A DNA stretch of 64,000 nt from a bacterium (GCA_021791445.1 JAJYWO010000010.1:1304-65303); one strand, 5' to 3'; positions 54,408-64,000 are shown, numbered from the stretch's first letter. The notes: generated from the letters alone by a model not told the origin. Numbers and translations are program-made.

Positions 54408-55607
54408 ATGAAATTTTTTAATAATAAATTCTTTATTTCTTTTTTGATTTTAATGGTCTTGTTTTATAGTTTTTCAGTTAAAACTGCCGAGGCAAAAGGT
54501 GTAGCTACGTTTGTTGGTATTATTTTAATAGTTGTTGCTATTGTGGTATTCCCAGTTATAGCGGTTGGACTTTCACAGGGATTAGCTTTATCAACTGCTG
54601 GTATAATAACCGCAAGTGTTATTGGGGGTGGACTTATACTTGGTCAAATTGCTTGTCTTGCGGGCACAGACAATCCTGCATTTACTGGTTGTAGTGGCGA
54701 TAATTCCAACTGGCAAGGCGCCGCCGGCTCCCCAACTCTTCAAAACCAATCAGCAACTCCAATAATGAGTTCGGACGGAAACTGCATAACGGGATATACT
54801 CTTTCATATAGCGTCACAGACGCCTATCAATACGGAATATATAGAGACGGCAATCTGATAAAACAAGGAACATTGAATACCATTGTCCAACCATCTCCGT
54901 ATAACACCAGTTTTTCATACACGGATAATAATCTTACTCCAAATAAGGATATAAAATATAAACTCATCTTAATCGACAAAAACGGTAAACAATATCAGTA
55001 TCCGGAAATGAGTGTGTATACCGAATGCATCAAGCTGGATTTGAAAATGGATAACAAAGACGGAGCAAGAAATTATTTTTATCCTAACAATAATGCCGCT
55101 CTCCAATGGGAAACAATCGCCGCCACATCCTGTACGGCTTCCGGAGATTGGAGCGGAAGCAGGGGTCCGGCTTCGGGTTCGGAAGATTTGGGCTATCTTC
55201 CCAGAGGAACATCTAATCCCGGCCAAGGAAAAACATACAATTATTCCCTCACTTGCCAATACCCAAAGGATAAAACCCTTTCTGACAGCGTTTCCGTAAC
55301 CATATTCAAATATCCTGATTGTACTTTTACGGCCAACCCGGATGTCATAGAAATCTTGCCCGCCACATCCACTTTATCCTGGAATTGCCGGTATTTGGGC
55401 GCTCCCACTCAATCTTCGGTTAATTCTTGTTCCATAGACCAAGGCATAGGTAATCTGACTCAGCTTCCCGATGGCTCAATGGATGTCCGTCCCTCCCAGG
55501 AAACCACTTACACCATGACTTGCGATTCCATTGATAAAATCACAGATTATCAGGCTTCCGTAAAAGTGGGTTTCAGGCCCAGAGTGAGGGAGATTATTCC
55601 GAGATAA
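54408..55607 (+). CDS. Hypothetical protein with N-terminal TM helices and a Cys-containing extracytoplasmic beta-rich domain
   Basis: ORF plus hydrophobic N-terminus. Confidence 0.45.
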   Translation: MKFFNNKFFISFLILMVLFYSFSVKTAEAKGVATFVGIILIVVAIVVFPVIAVGLSQGLALSTAGIITASVIGGGLILGQIACLAGTDNPAFTGCSGDNSNWQGAAGSPTLQNQSATPIMSSDGNCITGYTLSYSVTDAYQYGIYRDGNLIKQGTLNTIVQPSPYNTSFSYTDNNLTPNKDIKYKLILIDKNGKQYQYPEMSVYTECIKLDLKMDNKDGARNYFYPNNNAALQWETIAATSCTASGDWSGSRGPASGSEDLGYLPRGTSNPGQGKTYNYSLTCQYPKDKTLSDSVSVTIFKYPDCTFTANPDVIEILPATSTLSWNCRYLGAPTQSSVNSCSIDQGIGNLTQLPDGSMDVRPSQETTYTMTCDSIDKITDYQASVKVGFRPRVREIIPR

Positions 55608-55632
55608 AAGGTCGTAATTTTCAGATAAATTT

Positions 55633-55953
55633 ATGGATAATATGACAAACAATCAAATAGATATGGTTTGCCCTGACAAATTCAAACTCGGCAAGAAGTG
55701 GTTTTGGATCGGAATTATAATTTCCATTTTCAACATTGTTGGCGGTTTAGTTTACGGCATTGTTCTGCTTTTGGAAAAAAACCACAGAAAAGAGGGGATT
55801 ATCATCATCGCTTGGGCTATTATTTGGACCTTGTTCAGTTTTTTTGTAATCGGTCCTTATTTGGTCAAATCCGGCTTATTGCCTCAATTTCAAATAGCCC
55901 AACCCGCTCCTTCCATCCAGCAAGTTGAGCTTCCTCAGCAGATTTCGCAATAA
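55633..55953 (+). CDS. Small 2-TM membrane protein
   Basis: ORF plus two hydrophobic helices. Confidence 0.4.
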   Translation: MDNMTNNQIDMVCPDKFKLGKKWFWIGIIISIFNIVGGLVYGIVLLLEKNHRKEGIIIIAWAIIWTLFSFFVIGPYLVKSGLLPQFQIAQPAPSIQQVELPQQISQ

Positions 55954-57599
55954 TGTTTTTCATCAATCTTTCTGTTTTATTGAGCGCGGCTGCCGCCATT
56001 TCCTTTGAGATAATCGGCGGCAGCGTTTTGACGGTGCTTTTGGGCTCGTCAATTTATTATTTCTCGCTGGTTATCGGCGTTTTTTTGGCGGCTTTGGGAA
56101 TAGGCGGCTGGCTGTCCGCGAAACTGGAAAATAAGCTTGAAGAAAAATCAGCGCTCATTGCCGGATTTTTGTCTTTAATCGGCGGTAGCGCGGCTTTTGT
56201 TATTTTCGGCGGCTATGTTCTGGTTTTTGAAATTTTAAGGGGAATGGATTTTAATAATATATTCGGGTTTTTGGTTGGAGTAAGTTTTGGGCAATTATTT
56301 TTCAGTTTTTTCGCCTTGGCTTTCCTTTTTATTATCGGCGTTTTGGCGGGGCTTCTTTTGCCGCTTTTTTCTCGCACTGTTGCCGCGCGAACGGCGCTGA
56401 AAGACGCGCTGGGGAAAGTTTTTTTCTGGGATTACGTCGGCGCTTTGTTTGTTTCCGTGCTTTTGCCAATTTTATTTTTCCCCGCTCTCGGATTAATTAG
56501 AACTTCTTTTTTAATGGGATTGATGAGCGTGCTGGCCGCTTTGGCAATGGCAGTTTTTATGCGAAGAGAAAAAATAAAGTTGAGGCCAATTTTATTTTTG
56601 GTCTTAATTGCGGCTTTTATTGTGAATTTTGTCGGTTTTTTCAACGCCAATAAGATTGAAAATTTCTTGGAGAAAAAACAATATGGCGACCGCCAGATTC
56701 TTTATCGCGGCCAGTCGCCTTATCAAAAATTCGTTTTTCTTAAAGACGATAAAAGCGGAAAAATCAGCTTATACATCAATGGTCAGCGGCAATTTGAATC
56801 CGGCGAATGGGACGAGACTTATCATAAAACATTCGTCCGTCCGGCAATGGCGCTGAAACAATCAGCGCCAAATTTAAATGTTTTGGTTTTGGGCGGCGGC
56901 GACGGCTTGGCTTTGCGGGAAATTTTTAAATACGAAAATGTTTCAAAAGCGACTTTGGTGGATATTGATTCTTCGCTGGTGACGGCAGCAAAAAATCTGG
57001 AAGAAATGAAAGCGCTGAATGAAAATGCTTTCATTGATTCGCGGGTTGAAGTTGTTTTTAATGATGCTTTTAAATTCATTGAGGAAGATGCGGCAAAGTA
57101 TGATGTTGTTTTTATTGATTTTCCGGATCCCACGGACGACGGCTTGGCGAGATTGTATTCAAAAGAATTTTATTTGAATTTGAAAAAAGTTTTACAACCG
57201 GACGGAATCGTTGTTGTTCAAAGCGGCGGCTATATGATTGCGAGCCATAAAACAATTTTGCTGACAATGGAGGCGGTTGGGTTTAATGTTTTGGCTTTTC
57301 ATCCGATCAAATATGACATTCTTGACCAGAATTTCGGTTTTACTTTGGCGAGTAACGGCATTGTTTCGCCGAATGATTTGCCGCTTGGATTGAGAGATAT
57401 TTTTGCGGCCGCGCCGGTTCCCAAACAGAAATCGCCGGAAGAAATTAATTCCATTTTTCGGCCCGTAATCGTAAAAAACGTGGAAGGTGGGTTTATTGAA
57501 AACTATCTTCAATCTTTGCCAATGGAAAAAATCTTGGCGCAAATCAATCTCCCGCCCGAAAAAATCCGCGAAGAGTTCAAGAGAATGTTTTACGAGTAG
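55953..57599 (+). CDS. Membrane-fused spermidine-synthase-like aminopropyltransferase/methyltransferase-fold protein (multi-TM N-terminal domain plus SpeE-like C-domain)
   Basis: VLVLGGGDGLALREI (GGGDG), DVVFIDFPDPTDD, and at least 7 N-terminal TM segments. Confidence 0.7.
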   Translation: MFFINLSVLLSAAAAISFEIIGGSVLTVLLGSSIYYFSLVIGVFLAALGIGGWLSAKLENKLEEKSALIAGFLSLIGGSAAFVIFGGYVLVFEILRGMDFNNIFGFLVGVSFGQLFFSFFALAFLFIIGVLAGLLLPLFSRTVAARTALKDALGKVFFWDYVGALFVSVLLPILFFPALGLIRTSFLMGLMSVLAALAMAVFMRREKIKLRPILFLVLIAAFIVNFVGFFNANKIENFLEKKQYGDRQILYRGQSPYQKFVFLKDDKSGKISLYINGQRQFESGEWDETYHKTFVRPAMALKQSAPNLNVLVLGGGDGLALREIFKYENVSKATLVDIDSSLVTAAKNLEEMKALNENAFIDSRVEVVFNDAFKFIEEDAAKYDVVFIDFPDPTDDGLARLYSKEFYLNLKKVLQPDGIVVVQSGGYMIASHKTILLTMEAVGFNVLAFHPIKYDILDQNFGFTLASNGIVSPNDLPLGLRDIFAAAPVPKQKSPEEINSIFRPVIVKNVEGGFIENYLQSLPMEKILAQINLPPEKIREEFKRMFYE

Positions 57600-57601
57600 T
57601 T

Positions 57602-57637
57602 TTGCGACACTTCGTGCGGCCGCACGAAGTGTCGCAA
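57602..57637. terminator. Perfect 16-bp palindromic hairpin TTGCGACACTTCGTGC-ggcc-GCACGAAGTGTCGCAA between convergent genes
   Basis: Read directly. Confidence 0.75.
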
Positions 57638-57641
57638 TTTA

Positions 57642-59153
57642 CTAATATCTTATTTTATTAATGAGAATATTGTAATTTTTTCCGTTGGTTTCAAAATCTG
57701 CAAACTGTATTTTGCCGTCTGGAGTGATGATGCCGGATTTTTCCATTTTGCCGTTGAAAACAATCGGCGTTTTCAGCCATACGGATTCAATTTTTCGCAA
57801 GTTTTCTGTTAAAGACAGATAATTTTTCAGGCCATATGTTATCCAGGCATTGCTGGTGGTGTGGAGAATAAAATTAGCGCCAATTTTTTTGAATTTTTGA
57901 ACATCGTAAGGGTAGTGGATTTCCAGGCAAATCAATGAGGCAAAGGTAAAATTTTCCGTTGCAAGGTTTTTTCGTTCGCCTTTGTTGTATAAATATTCTT
58001 TATTAAAAAGCGCGCTGTTGTCGGCAATGTTCGGCTGGATTTTTTTCGCCCATTTGTAATAAAACGGCTGCCAGTCGCCAAATGGCCAATATTCGCTGGC
58101 GATGGTAAGTCGGGATTTATTGCGGATATCCAAAATTTCGCCGTTTTGATTGAATAAAATCGCGGTATTGTATCTTTTTCCGTTTTGATAAGTCGTAAAA
58201 GTCGTTGTTAAATTGGTGTTCAATTCTTTTGCCAAATCGCGGTAGGATTGGATTAAAATTTTATCGTTTTCAACATTAAATTTATTTTTCGCTTCTTCAT
58301 CCGCGTTGCCCCAATCTTCAATATCAATCATATCTTCGGGTAAGGCCAAAAGATCTATTTCTTTACCTTTCAATTCTTTTTTAATTGGCGATAAAATTTC
58401 AGAGATTTCAGTTTTGATTTTTTCACGCTCAGCTTCATTGAGGGTATTATTAAAATTGGCGAATTTTTTATCAATTTCGGTGTTGATTGAAATCAGTGTC
58501 ACGGCCAGTTCATTTTTTTTATTTTGATAATCAAGGGAATTTTTTTGAAGCTGGGATTGTGAAATTCGCCAGCTCCCAAACAGGGCGATTATTATTAAAA
58601 TAACTAGAATGATAATCGTTATTTTTTTGTTTTTTTTAAAATTCTTACTGCTCTCATTAATGAGAGCAGTAAGAAAAGCGATTGCAGCGTTGATTGAAGT
58701 TGCGAATACGGTTAAAAAGATTAAACCGCCGAAGTTAGCGAGTCCCAAAAACGGCGAAGCGCCGAGGGTATTGCCTATAGAGAAAGCATTGAGTGGTAAA
58801 AATGAGAAGTGGTCTGCGAAAAGGTCAGCGAACGCGTAAAAAATCGGCAAAAAAACAAATTGTCCAATTCGTCCGACGTCCGACGTCGTACGATTTAAAA
58901 AAAATAAAGGAATCATTAAGGCTGTAAAAAGCAGAGCATGCAAGCCGAAGATAATCGGGTCAAAAGCGAAATAAAGAACTGCGGTCATTAAAATAATCCG
59001 GAAAACAAAAATTCCCGCGATAAACCGCCCAAAACTTTTCTCTTTGGCGATAAAAATAAAAAGCGGAATCAAAAAAACAAATCCCAGTGGCCAGAGATTA
59101 AGCGGTGGGAATGCAAAAATTCCTAAAATTGCGGAAAGGATTGATAATAGCAT
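57642..59153 (-). CDS. Membrane protein with a C-terminal carbon-nitrogen hydrolase domain (apolipoprotein N-acyltransferase / Lnt-like)
   Basis: N-terminal 6-8 TM helices. CN-hydrolase-like region with an ICLE Cys motif. Confidence 0.5.
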   Translation of the reverse strand: MLLSILSAILGIFAFPPLNLWPLGFVFLIPLFIFIAKEKSFGRFIAGIFVFRIILMTAVLYFAFDPIIFGLHALLFTALMIPLFFLNRTTSDVGRIGQFVFLPIFYAFADLFADHFSFLPLNAFSIGNTLGASPFLGLANFGGLIFLTVFATSINAAIAFLTALINESSKNFKKNKKITIIILVILIIIALFGSWRISQSQLQKNSLDYQNKKNELAVTLISINTEIDKKFANFNNTLNEAEREKIKTEISEILSPIKKELKGKEIDLLALPEDMIDIEDWGNADEEAKNKFNVENDKILIQSYRDLAKELNTNLTTTFTTYQNGKRYNTAILFNQNGEILDIRNKSRLTIASEYWPFGDWQPFYYKWAKKIQPNIADNSALFNKEYLYNKGERKNLATENFTFASLICLEIHYPYDVQKFKKIGANFILHTTSNAWITYGLKNYLSLTENLRKIESVWLKTPIVFNGKMEKSGIITPDGKIQFADFETNGKNYNILINKIRY

Positions 59154-59639
59154 TTGTAAATTATAACATATAATATAACAAACAATTTTTATAAATTATA
59201 ATAAATGAAAATCAAGTTAGATAAATTTTTCTTTTTGGGGATATATGTTTTATTAAGCGTTGTTGTTAATCAATAGATGAATTTTGCAGTATTTCCAGGT
59301 TTTCAAGAAAATAGTTCGGGAATATTGTGGTTTTGCGATTTTACGGGAATAATTATTGGCATCGGACTGATTTTAAGAAGCATGAAATTGGCAACTCTTA
59401 CTTTTACAATGTCTTTTTTTGCTCAATAAAATCGATTTTAATCTATGAATTTTTATTACTTACATCCTCTTTTTTTCTTACTTCGCCTGATGACAATATT
59501 AATTGTGTTTTTTATGGTTGTGACGACAAAAATCCGGGTGAAGGGTATTTGGGATATTTTATCTTACATTCTTTGATTTTTGGGCGGTAGTTTTTATTAT
59601 TAGTTTTATTTATTTAGAATAATTTTCTAAAAATTAAAT

Positions 59640-60010
59640 TGTTTTAGGTACCACACTTGGCGAGTTTGTTAATTGATATTCGGCCCAAAATTCATTTGGT
59701 GTTTTCCCTTTTAACCGCAATGTTCCAGGTTATTATAATATATATTTTATCTTTCCAATTTCGTTTTCAAGTCTGATAAATTCCTAAATCTGTTTTTCTG
59801 GTAGAATTTTTCCTCATCTTTATTGTGGCTCCGCTCGACGGTTTCGTTTTTGGCCGGCTTTCCTGGGTCAATCAGATAATGTTCAATGTTGTTTTTTGGC
59901 GCAAAACATATTCAGTGCGTGAAGCCGTCTCGGCGACAAATCTTTAAGAAGCATCCTATGAATTAACAGATGTTGCGCTTCAAAGTTGAATGTGCCCCAA
60001 ATAATCTTGA
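59640..60010 (-). pseudogene. Decayed DDE transposase fragment (IS3/IS481-type integrase core C-terminus) with frameshifts and stops
   Basis: Reverse-strand translation gives ...GKPAKNETVERSHNKDEEKFYQKNRFRNLSDLKTKLE...YYNNLEH..KGKTPNEFWAEYQ, matching the G.P.DNAKVERFNRTLKEE...YN..RPH..L.GKTP.E motif. Broken by stops, with no intact ORF. Confidence 0.6.
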
Positions 60011-60068
60011 CAAACAATATTAATAATGCTTAACTTTATAAATCAAATTTGAAAGGAGGGGTAAAATA

Positions 60069-60686
60069 ATGTTCTTTAAAAAAGATAAAAATTCAGTAAA
60101 TTTTATTGGAAGAATTTATTATTTTTTGCTTAAAAAAATATTTGTTGTTATTGAGAAAATTTGGCTTAAAGAAGTTGTGGGGGAATTCCCCTTAAATGGG
60201 GCGTTTATAATTGCAGCTAATCACGTCAGTTTTTTGGATTTTATGTTGCTTATGCGCGTGGCGGAACCACAGTTGCATTTTTTTATTAAAGGAAAATATT
60301 TCAATAAGTTTTATTGGAAATATTTTCTTAAAAAAATGGGACAGATTAATATTGAAAACGGCAACAATTTTTTAAAAAACACACTTAAAATAATAAAAAA
60401 CGGCGGCATAGTGGCTGTTTTTCCGGAAGGCACGCGGACGCGAACCGGAGAATTGGGTGAATTCTTGCCAGGGGTGGCAGCTATATCAATAACAACTCAC
60501 ACTCCCATTGTTCCAGTTGCTATAAAAAATATTTTTAATATTTGGCCATATTATCAAAAATGGCCGAAAATTAAAAAAGAAGCAGTTGTTGTTATTGGAG
60601 AACCGATTTTCCCCCCCAGAGACGCATTAATGTTAACGGGGAAAATAAAAGAAGAAATAGAAAAACTAATAGCTGCCGATGAATAA
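60069..60686 (+). CDS. plsC: 1-acyl-sn-glycerol-3-phosphate acyltransferase
   Basis: HxxxxD motif (AANHVSFLD) and FPEGTRT. Confidence 0.85.
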   Translation: MFFKKDKNSVNFIGRIYYFLLKKIFVVIEKIWLKEVVGEFPLNGAFIIAANHVSFLDFMLLMRVAEPQLHFFIKGKYFNKFYWKYFLKKMGQINIENGNNFLKNTLKIIKNGGIVAVFPEGTRTRTGELGEFLPGVAAISITTHTPIVPVAIKNIFNIWPYYQKWPKIKKEAVVVIGEPIFPPRDALMLTGKIKEEIEKLIAADE

Positions 60687-60744
60687 TCGGCAGCTATTAT
60701 TTGTTTTAAATAAAATTTTTAGTTAGAATAAGATATTATTACTT

Positions 60745-62112
60745 ATGAGTATGAAACTTACATTCTATGGCGGGGCGGGGATGGTAACCGGCTCTAATTA
60801 TCTATTAGAAAACGAAGCGGGGAAAATATTAATTGACTGCGGGCTTTTTCAGGGTTCGTCTTTTTGCGAAAATCTTAATTTTGAAAAATTTCCGTACAAG
60901 CCGGAAGAAATTGACGCGGTTTTCATAACCCACGCGCACATTGACCATATCGGCCGCTTGCCCAAACTTTATAAAAACGGATTTCGCGGCAAGATTTTTT
61001 CCACCGAACCGACGAAAAATTTCAGCGAAATTTCATTGATTGATTCTGAGGGGATTTTAAGCAAAGAAGCCGCTCAAAAAAACCATAGTCCGATTTATAC
61101 GACAGAAGATGTCAATGAAATGATGAGATTGTGGGAGGGCGTTAAGTATCATCAAAAAATTCACATTAAAGATTTTGAAATTGAATTTTTTGACGCCGGC
61201 CATATTCTCGGTTCGGCTTTTATTCTTATTAAAGACAAAAATACCGAAAAGAAAGTCGTTTTTTCCGGCGACCTCGGTAATGTTGCCACGCCAATTGTGA
61301 AAGATACCGAACCGTTGCCGGAAACGGATTATGTTTTGATTGAATCAACTTACGGTAATCGTTTGCACGAGGATTTGGAAATCAGAAAAGATATTCTTGA
61401 AGATGTGATTGAGGAAACAATGAAATTCGGCGGCACATTGATGATTCCGGCATTTGCCATGGAACGCACTCAAGACCTTTTGTATGAAATGAACGAACTT
61501 GTGGAGAACGGCCGCGTTCCGATTGCTCCGGTTTTCATTGACAGCCCGCTGGCAATCAAACTCACCGCTGTTTATAAAAAATATTCTCAGAACCCCGAAT
61601 ATTTTGACGGCGAAGCGCTGGCGTTGATGCGCAAGGGAGATTCCATTTTCGATTTTCCGAATCTGCGGCTGAGTTTAACAACCGAGCAGTCAAAAAAAAT
61701 AAACGAAATTAGGGGGCCGAAAGTGATTATCGCCGGCAGCGGAATGTCGCAGGGTGGCAGGATTTTACATCATGAAATGCGCTATTTATCCGACCCGAAA
61801 AGCGCGATTTTATTCATCGGCTATCAGACGCAGGGCTCTTTGGGCAGGCAGATTCTGGATGGAGCGAAAAGCGTGAAAATTTTCGGCGAGGACGTGGCAG
61901 TAAACTGCCGGGTTAAATCAATCAGCGGATATTCGGCGCACGCCGACCGGAAAAAATTAATGGAATGGCTCAGGCCGCAGAATGGAATTCTGAAAAAAGT
62001 TTTTGTGATGCAGGGCGAAGAAGACCAAGCCAAGCCGTTTGCCGATAAAGTAAGAGATGATATGGCGGTGGACACCGAGGTGCCTTTGATGAATGGGAGC
62101 GTTATGCTATAA
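60745..62112 (+). CDS. Metallo-beta-lactamase / beta-CASP family ribonuclease (RNase J-like)
   Basis: HAHIDHIG motif, beta-CASP-length C-terminus. Confidence 0.65.
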   Translation: MSMKLTFYGGAGMVTGSNYLLENEAGKILIDCGLFQGSSFCENLNFEKFPYKPEEIDAVFITHAHIDHIGRLPKLYKNGFRGKIFSTEPTKNFSEISLIDSEGILSKEAAQKNHSPIYTTEDVNEMMRLWEGVKYHQKIHIKDFEIEFFDAGHILGSAFILIKDKNTEKKVVFSGDLGNVATPIVKDTEPLPETDYVLIESTYGNRLHEDLEIRKDILEDVIEETMKFGGTLMIPAFAMERTQDLLYEMNELVENGRVPIAPVFIDSPLAIKLTAVYKKYSQNPEYFDGEALALMRKGDSIFDFPNLRLSLTTEQSKKINEIRGPKVIIAGSGMSQGGRILHHEMRYLSDPKSAILFIGYQTQGSLGRQILDGAKSVKIFGEDVAVNCRVKSISGYSAHADRKKLMEWLRPQNGILKKVFVMQGEEDQAKPFADKVRDDMAVDTEVPLMNGSVML

Positions 62113-62120
62113 TTTTTAAA

Positions 62121-62720
62121 ATGAATACCAATATTTGCCATATCGATTATAAATATAAAATTTGCGTTTCCGGAGCTGCGGAAACCGGCCATTGCGGAGC
62201 GGATGCGTTTGCGTCAGCCGAAGAATTAGGCAGAGAAATTGTGCGGCATGATGCGGTTTTGGTTGATGGCGCCACCACCGGTTTTCCGTTTTGGACCGCC
62301 AAAGGCGTGAAAGAAGAGGGCGGGATTGTTATCGGCCTTTCGCCAGCGGCTACGGAAAAAGAGCATCTTAATTATTATCAATTGCCCACGGAATATCATG
62401 ATATGATAATTTATACCGGATTCAATTATTCCGGCCGCAATCTGCTTTTGGTGCGTTCGTCCGACGCCGTTATTTTCGGCTGCGGCAGAATGGGAACGCT
62501 GAATGAATTTACCATTACTTTTGAAGATAAAAAGCCGATTGGCATTTTACAGGGCGAATGGGAAACCGACGAACTGTTTAAAGAGTTGATTGAAAAATCT
62601 CATCGCGCCAAGGAAATGGAAGGGAAAATAGTTTTTGAATCTGACCCGAAAAAATTACTGGATAAATTGGTGGAAATAATCAAAAAAGAAAAAGAAAAAA
62701 ATGGATATAAACACCTCTGA
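62121..62720 (+). CDS. Rossmann-fold nucleotide-binding protein of the LOG/TIGR00725-like family
   Basis: KICVSGAAETGHCG..., GIVIGLSP, CGRMGTLNE pattern. Confidence 0.45.
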   Translation: MNTNICHIDYKYKICVSGAAETGHCGADAFASAEELGREIVRHDAVLVDGATTGFPFWTAKGVKEEGGIVIGLSPAATEKEHLNYYQLPTEYHDMIIYTGFNYSGRNLLLVRSSDAVIFGCGRMGTLNEFTITFEDKKPIGILQGEWETDELFKELIEKSHRAKEMEGKIVFESDPKKLLDKLVEIIKKEKEKNGYKHL

Positions 62721-63135
62721 AATATTTTTAAGGCTGATTTTGGCGGTTTTCCTTGGCGGTTTAATCGGCTTGGAAAGGCAAATAGCGCATAAAACAGCCG
62801 GGTTGAGAACATTTTCTTTAATCAGTTTGAGCTCAGCGCTTTTGACGGTAGTGTCTCATTTATTGGGCGAGCAGTATGGGGCAAATTTTAATGTTGCTAT
62901 TTTGCCGACGCAGATTATTAGCGGTATCGGCTTTATCGGCGCCGGAATCATTATTTTCCACGGCCTTCAGCCAAAAGGCATTACTACGGCGGCCGGTTTG
63001 ATTGTTTCAGCGACTGTCGGAATCGCCGTTGGTTTCGGTTTTTACAGCATAGCGGTTTTCACCACATTGCTCACGCTTTTGATTTTCACGATAATGTGGT
63101 TTTTTGAAGTGAAATTTATCAGTAAAATAAAGTAG
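62701..63135 (+). CDS. mgtC: MgtC/SapB family membrane protein
   Basis: FLRLILAVFLGGLIGLERQIAHKTAGLRTFSLISLSSAL. Confidence 0.8.
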   Translation: MDINTSEIFLRLILAVFLGGLIGLERQIAHKTAGLRTFSLISLSSALLTVVSHLLGEQYGANFNVAILPTQIISGIGFIGAGIIIFHGLQPKGITTAAGLIVSATVGIAVGFGFYSIAVFTTLLTLLIFTIMWFFEVKFISKIK

Positions 63136-63215
63136 GCAATGGGAAAAATTTTCAGCCAATTTATTTATCCGGCATCGCTTGACAGATAAAAATTTGTATT
63201 ATTCGCGAATGCTAT

Positions 63216-63719
63216 ATGGAAAAGCGCAAACAATACGACAATAAAATAATTCTGCCGAGGACGGAAGAGCATGAATTGCCCAAAGGCAAGTTGGGATTGG
63301 TTTTTTGCGGCGATTGCAACGCGGTTTATTATAAAAAATCCTGGCATAACAATCTCCGCGATTATAAAAATTTTCGCGAAGATTTGCCGGTGAAATTTTC
63401 CGTTTGTCCGGCTTGCGCGATGATAAAAAATAAGCAATTTGAAGGAGAAATTATTATCAGCAATATTCCCGCAAATATCGAAGAAAGCTTAATTCATTTA
63501 ATTGAAACGTTCGGCCGGCGAGCTGAACAGAATGACGGCCAACACCGTGTTATTGCCGTTAAAAAAATTAAATCAGGATTGATTGTGACGACTACTGAAA
63601 ATCAGCTTGCCGTGAAAATCGCCAAAAAAATCAAAGATACTTTCAAGAAAGTGGAAATGAAAATTTCTTATTCTCCTAAACCCAGCGATGTGGTTTACGT
63701 CAAAATGGGTTTCAAATAA
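63216..63719 (+). CDS. Hypothetical zinc-ribbon protein (CGDC...CPAC)
   Basis: ORF with two CxxC pairs. Confidence 0.4.
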   Translation: MEKRKQYDNKIILPRTEEHELPKGKLGLVFCGDCNAVYYKKSWHNNLRDYKNFREDLPVKFSVCPACAMIKNKQFEGEIIISNIPANIEESLIHLIETFGRRAEQNDGQHRVIAVKKIKSGLIVTTTENQLAVKIAKKIKDTFKKVEMKISYSPKPSDVVYVKMGFK

Positions 63720-63720
63720 C

Positions 63721-63795
63721 GTCCTCGTAGTTGAATGGATACAATGCTTCCCTCCGAAGGAGGCGGTACAGGTTCGATTCCTGTCGAGGACACCA
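63721..63795 (+). tRNA. tRNA-Arg (anticodon CCG), with encoded CCA
   Basis: Hand-folded cloverleaf. Acceptor GTCCTCG/CGAGGAC, D-stem GTTG/CAAT, anticodon stem CTTCC/GGAGG with loop CTCCGAA, T-arm ACAGG-TTCGATT-CCTGT, discriminator A plus CCA. Confidence 0.8.
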
Positions 63796-63800
63796 TCTTA

Positions 63801-63826
63801 TTGAACAATTCTATGGAATTGTTCAA
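63801..63826 (+). terminator. Hairpin TTGAACAATTC-tatg-GAATTGTTCAA after the tRNA
   Basis: 11-bp perfect stem. Confidence 0.6.
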
Positions 63827-63892
63827 TGACGTTAAGATTTATTATGGGGCTTGTTTTTTATTTTAACCTGTGTTAAATTTTATGAATTAAAT

Positions 63893-64000
63893 ATGGCTTT
63901 AACAGTCCGACAAAAACAGAATATCGCGAAAGAATACGGGCTTCACGAAACCGACACCGGTTCGGTTGAGATTCAAATCGCGTTCTTAACCAAGCAGATT
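63893..64000 (+). CDS. rpsO: Ribosomal protein S15, N-terminal part (runs off the window)
   Basis: [36 protein letters not shown]. Confidence 0.85.
   Translation, partial: MALTVRQKQNIAKEYGLHETDTGSVEIQIAFLTKQI

Noticed and set aside
59327-59590. 87-aa plus-strand ORF in the decayed region
   Set aside because: It sits in a stretch with transposase debris and fragmentary membrane-protein-like pieces. It has no SD or recognisable domain and is likely non-functional.

Overview
This 64-kb window looks like a chromosomal segment from a small-genome, AT-rich bacterium. The gene content suggests Candidate Phyla Radiation / Patescibacteria: truncated AlaS, a PilB ATPase, many small secreted and membrane proteins, and a compact housekeeping set (inference). 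Most of the window is core machinery. From the left: a large surface protein truncated at the edge, clpB, iscS, a split phosphomannomutase, dgkA, folD, yraN, a CheY-like receiver, a frameshifted recA, rodZ-like, ftsK, ruvC, PBP1A, dnaN and dnaA (probable oriC neighbourhood), pilB, ruvB, dksA-like, comM, an M23 peptidase, uvrD, trmH, rpiB, speH, gap, dnaG, rpoD, alaS, xerC, a copA operon with CcdA/DUF1573 thiol-redox partners, then plsC, RNase J-like, mgtC, tRNA-Arg(CCG) and the start of rpsO. The standout region is 47.4-57.6 kb. It holds two radical-SAM/SPASM enzymes (47601..48641 and 50692..51999). It also holds two short Cys/Asp-rich peptide genes absent from the ORF track: 49446..49607 on the minus strand and 52034..52162 on the plus strand, both with strong Shine-Dalgarno sites and terminators. 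Three paralogous HExxH-motif proteins sit alongside them. A ~130-bp promoter-plus-leader element is repeated three times; it drives both rSAM operons and a third operon of secreted/lipo/membrane proteins ending in a membrane-fused spermidine-synthase-like enzyme. This resembles a SCIFF/ranthipeptide-type RiPP locus but with unusual organisation, next to a decayed transposase. The window is also unusually rich in small repeats. These include a ~48-bp palindromic element in at least four copies (two flank iscS in inverted orientation), GC-rich 90-140-bp palindromic elements (one inserted in-frame in iscS), 64-bp tandem palindrome-bearing repeats upstream of yraN, and short in-frame tandem repeats inside housekeeping genes. 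Frameshifts in recA and the phosphomannomutase, both near A/T homopolymer runs, may be assembly errors.
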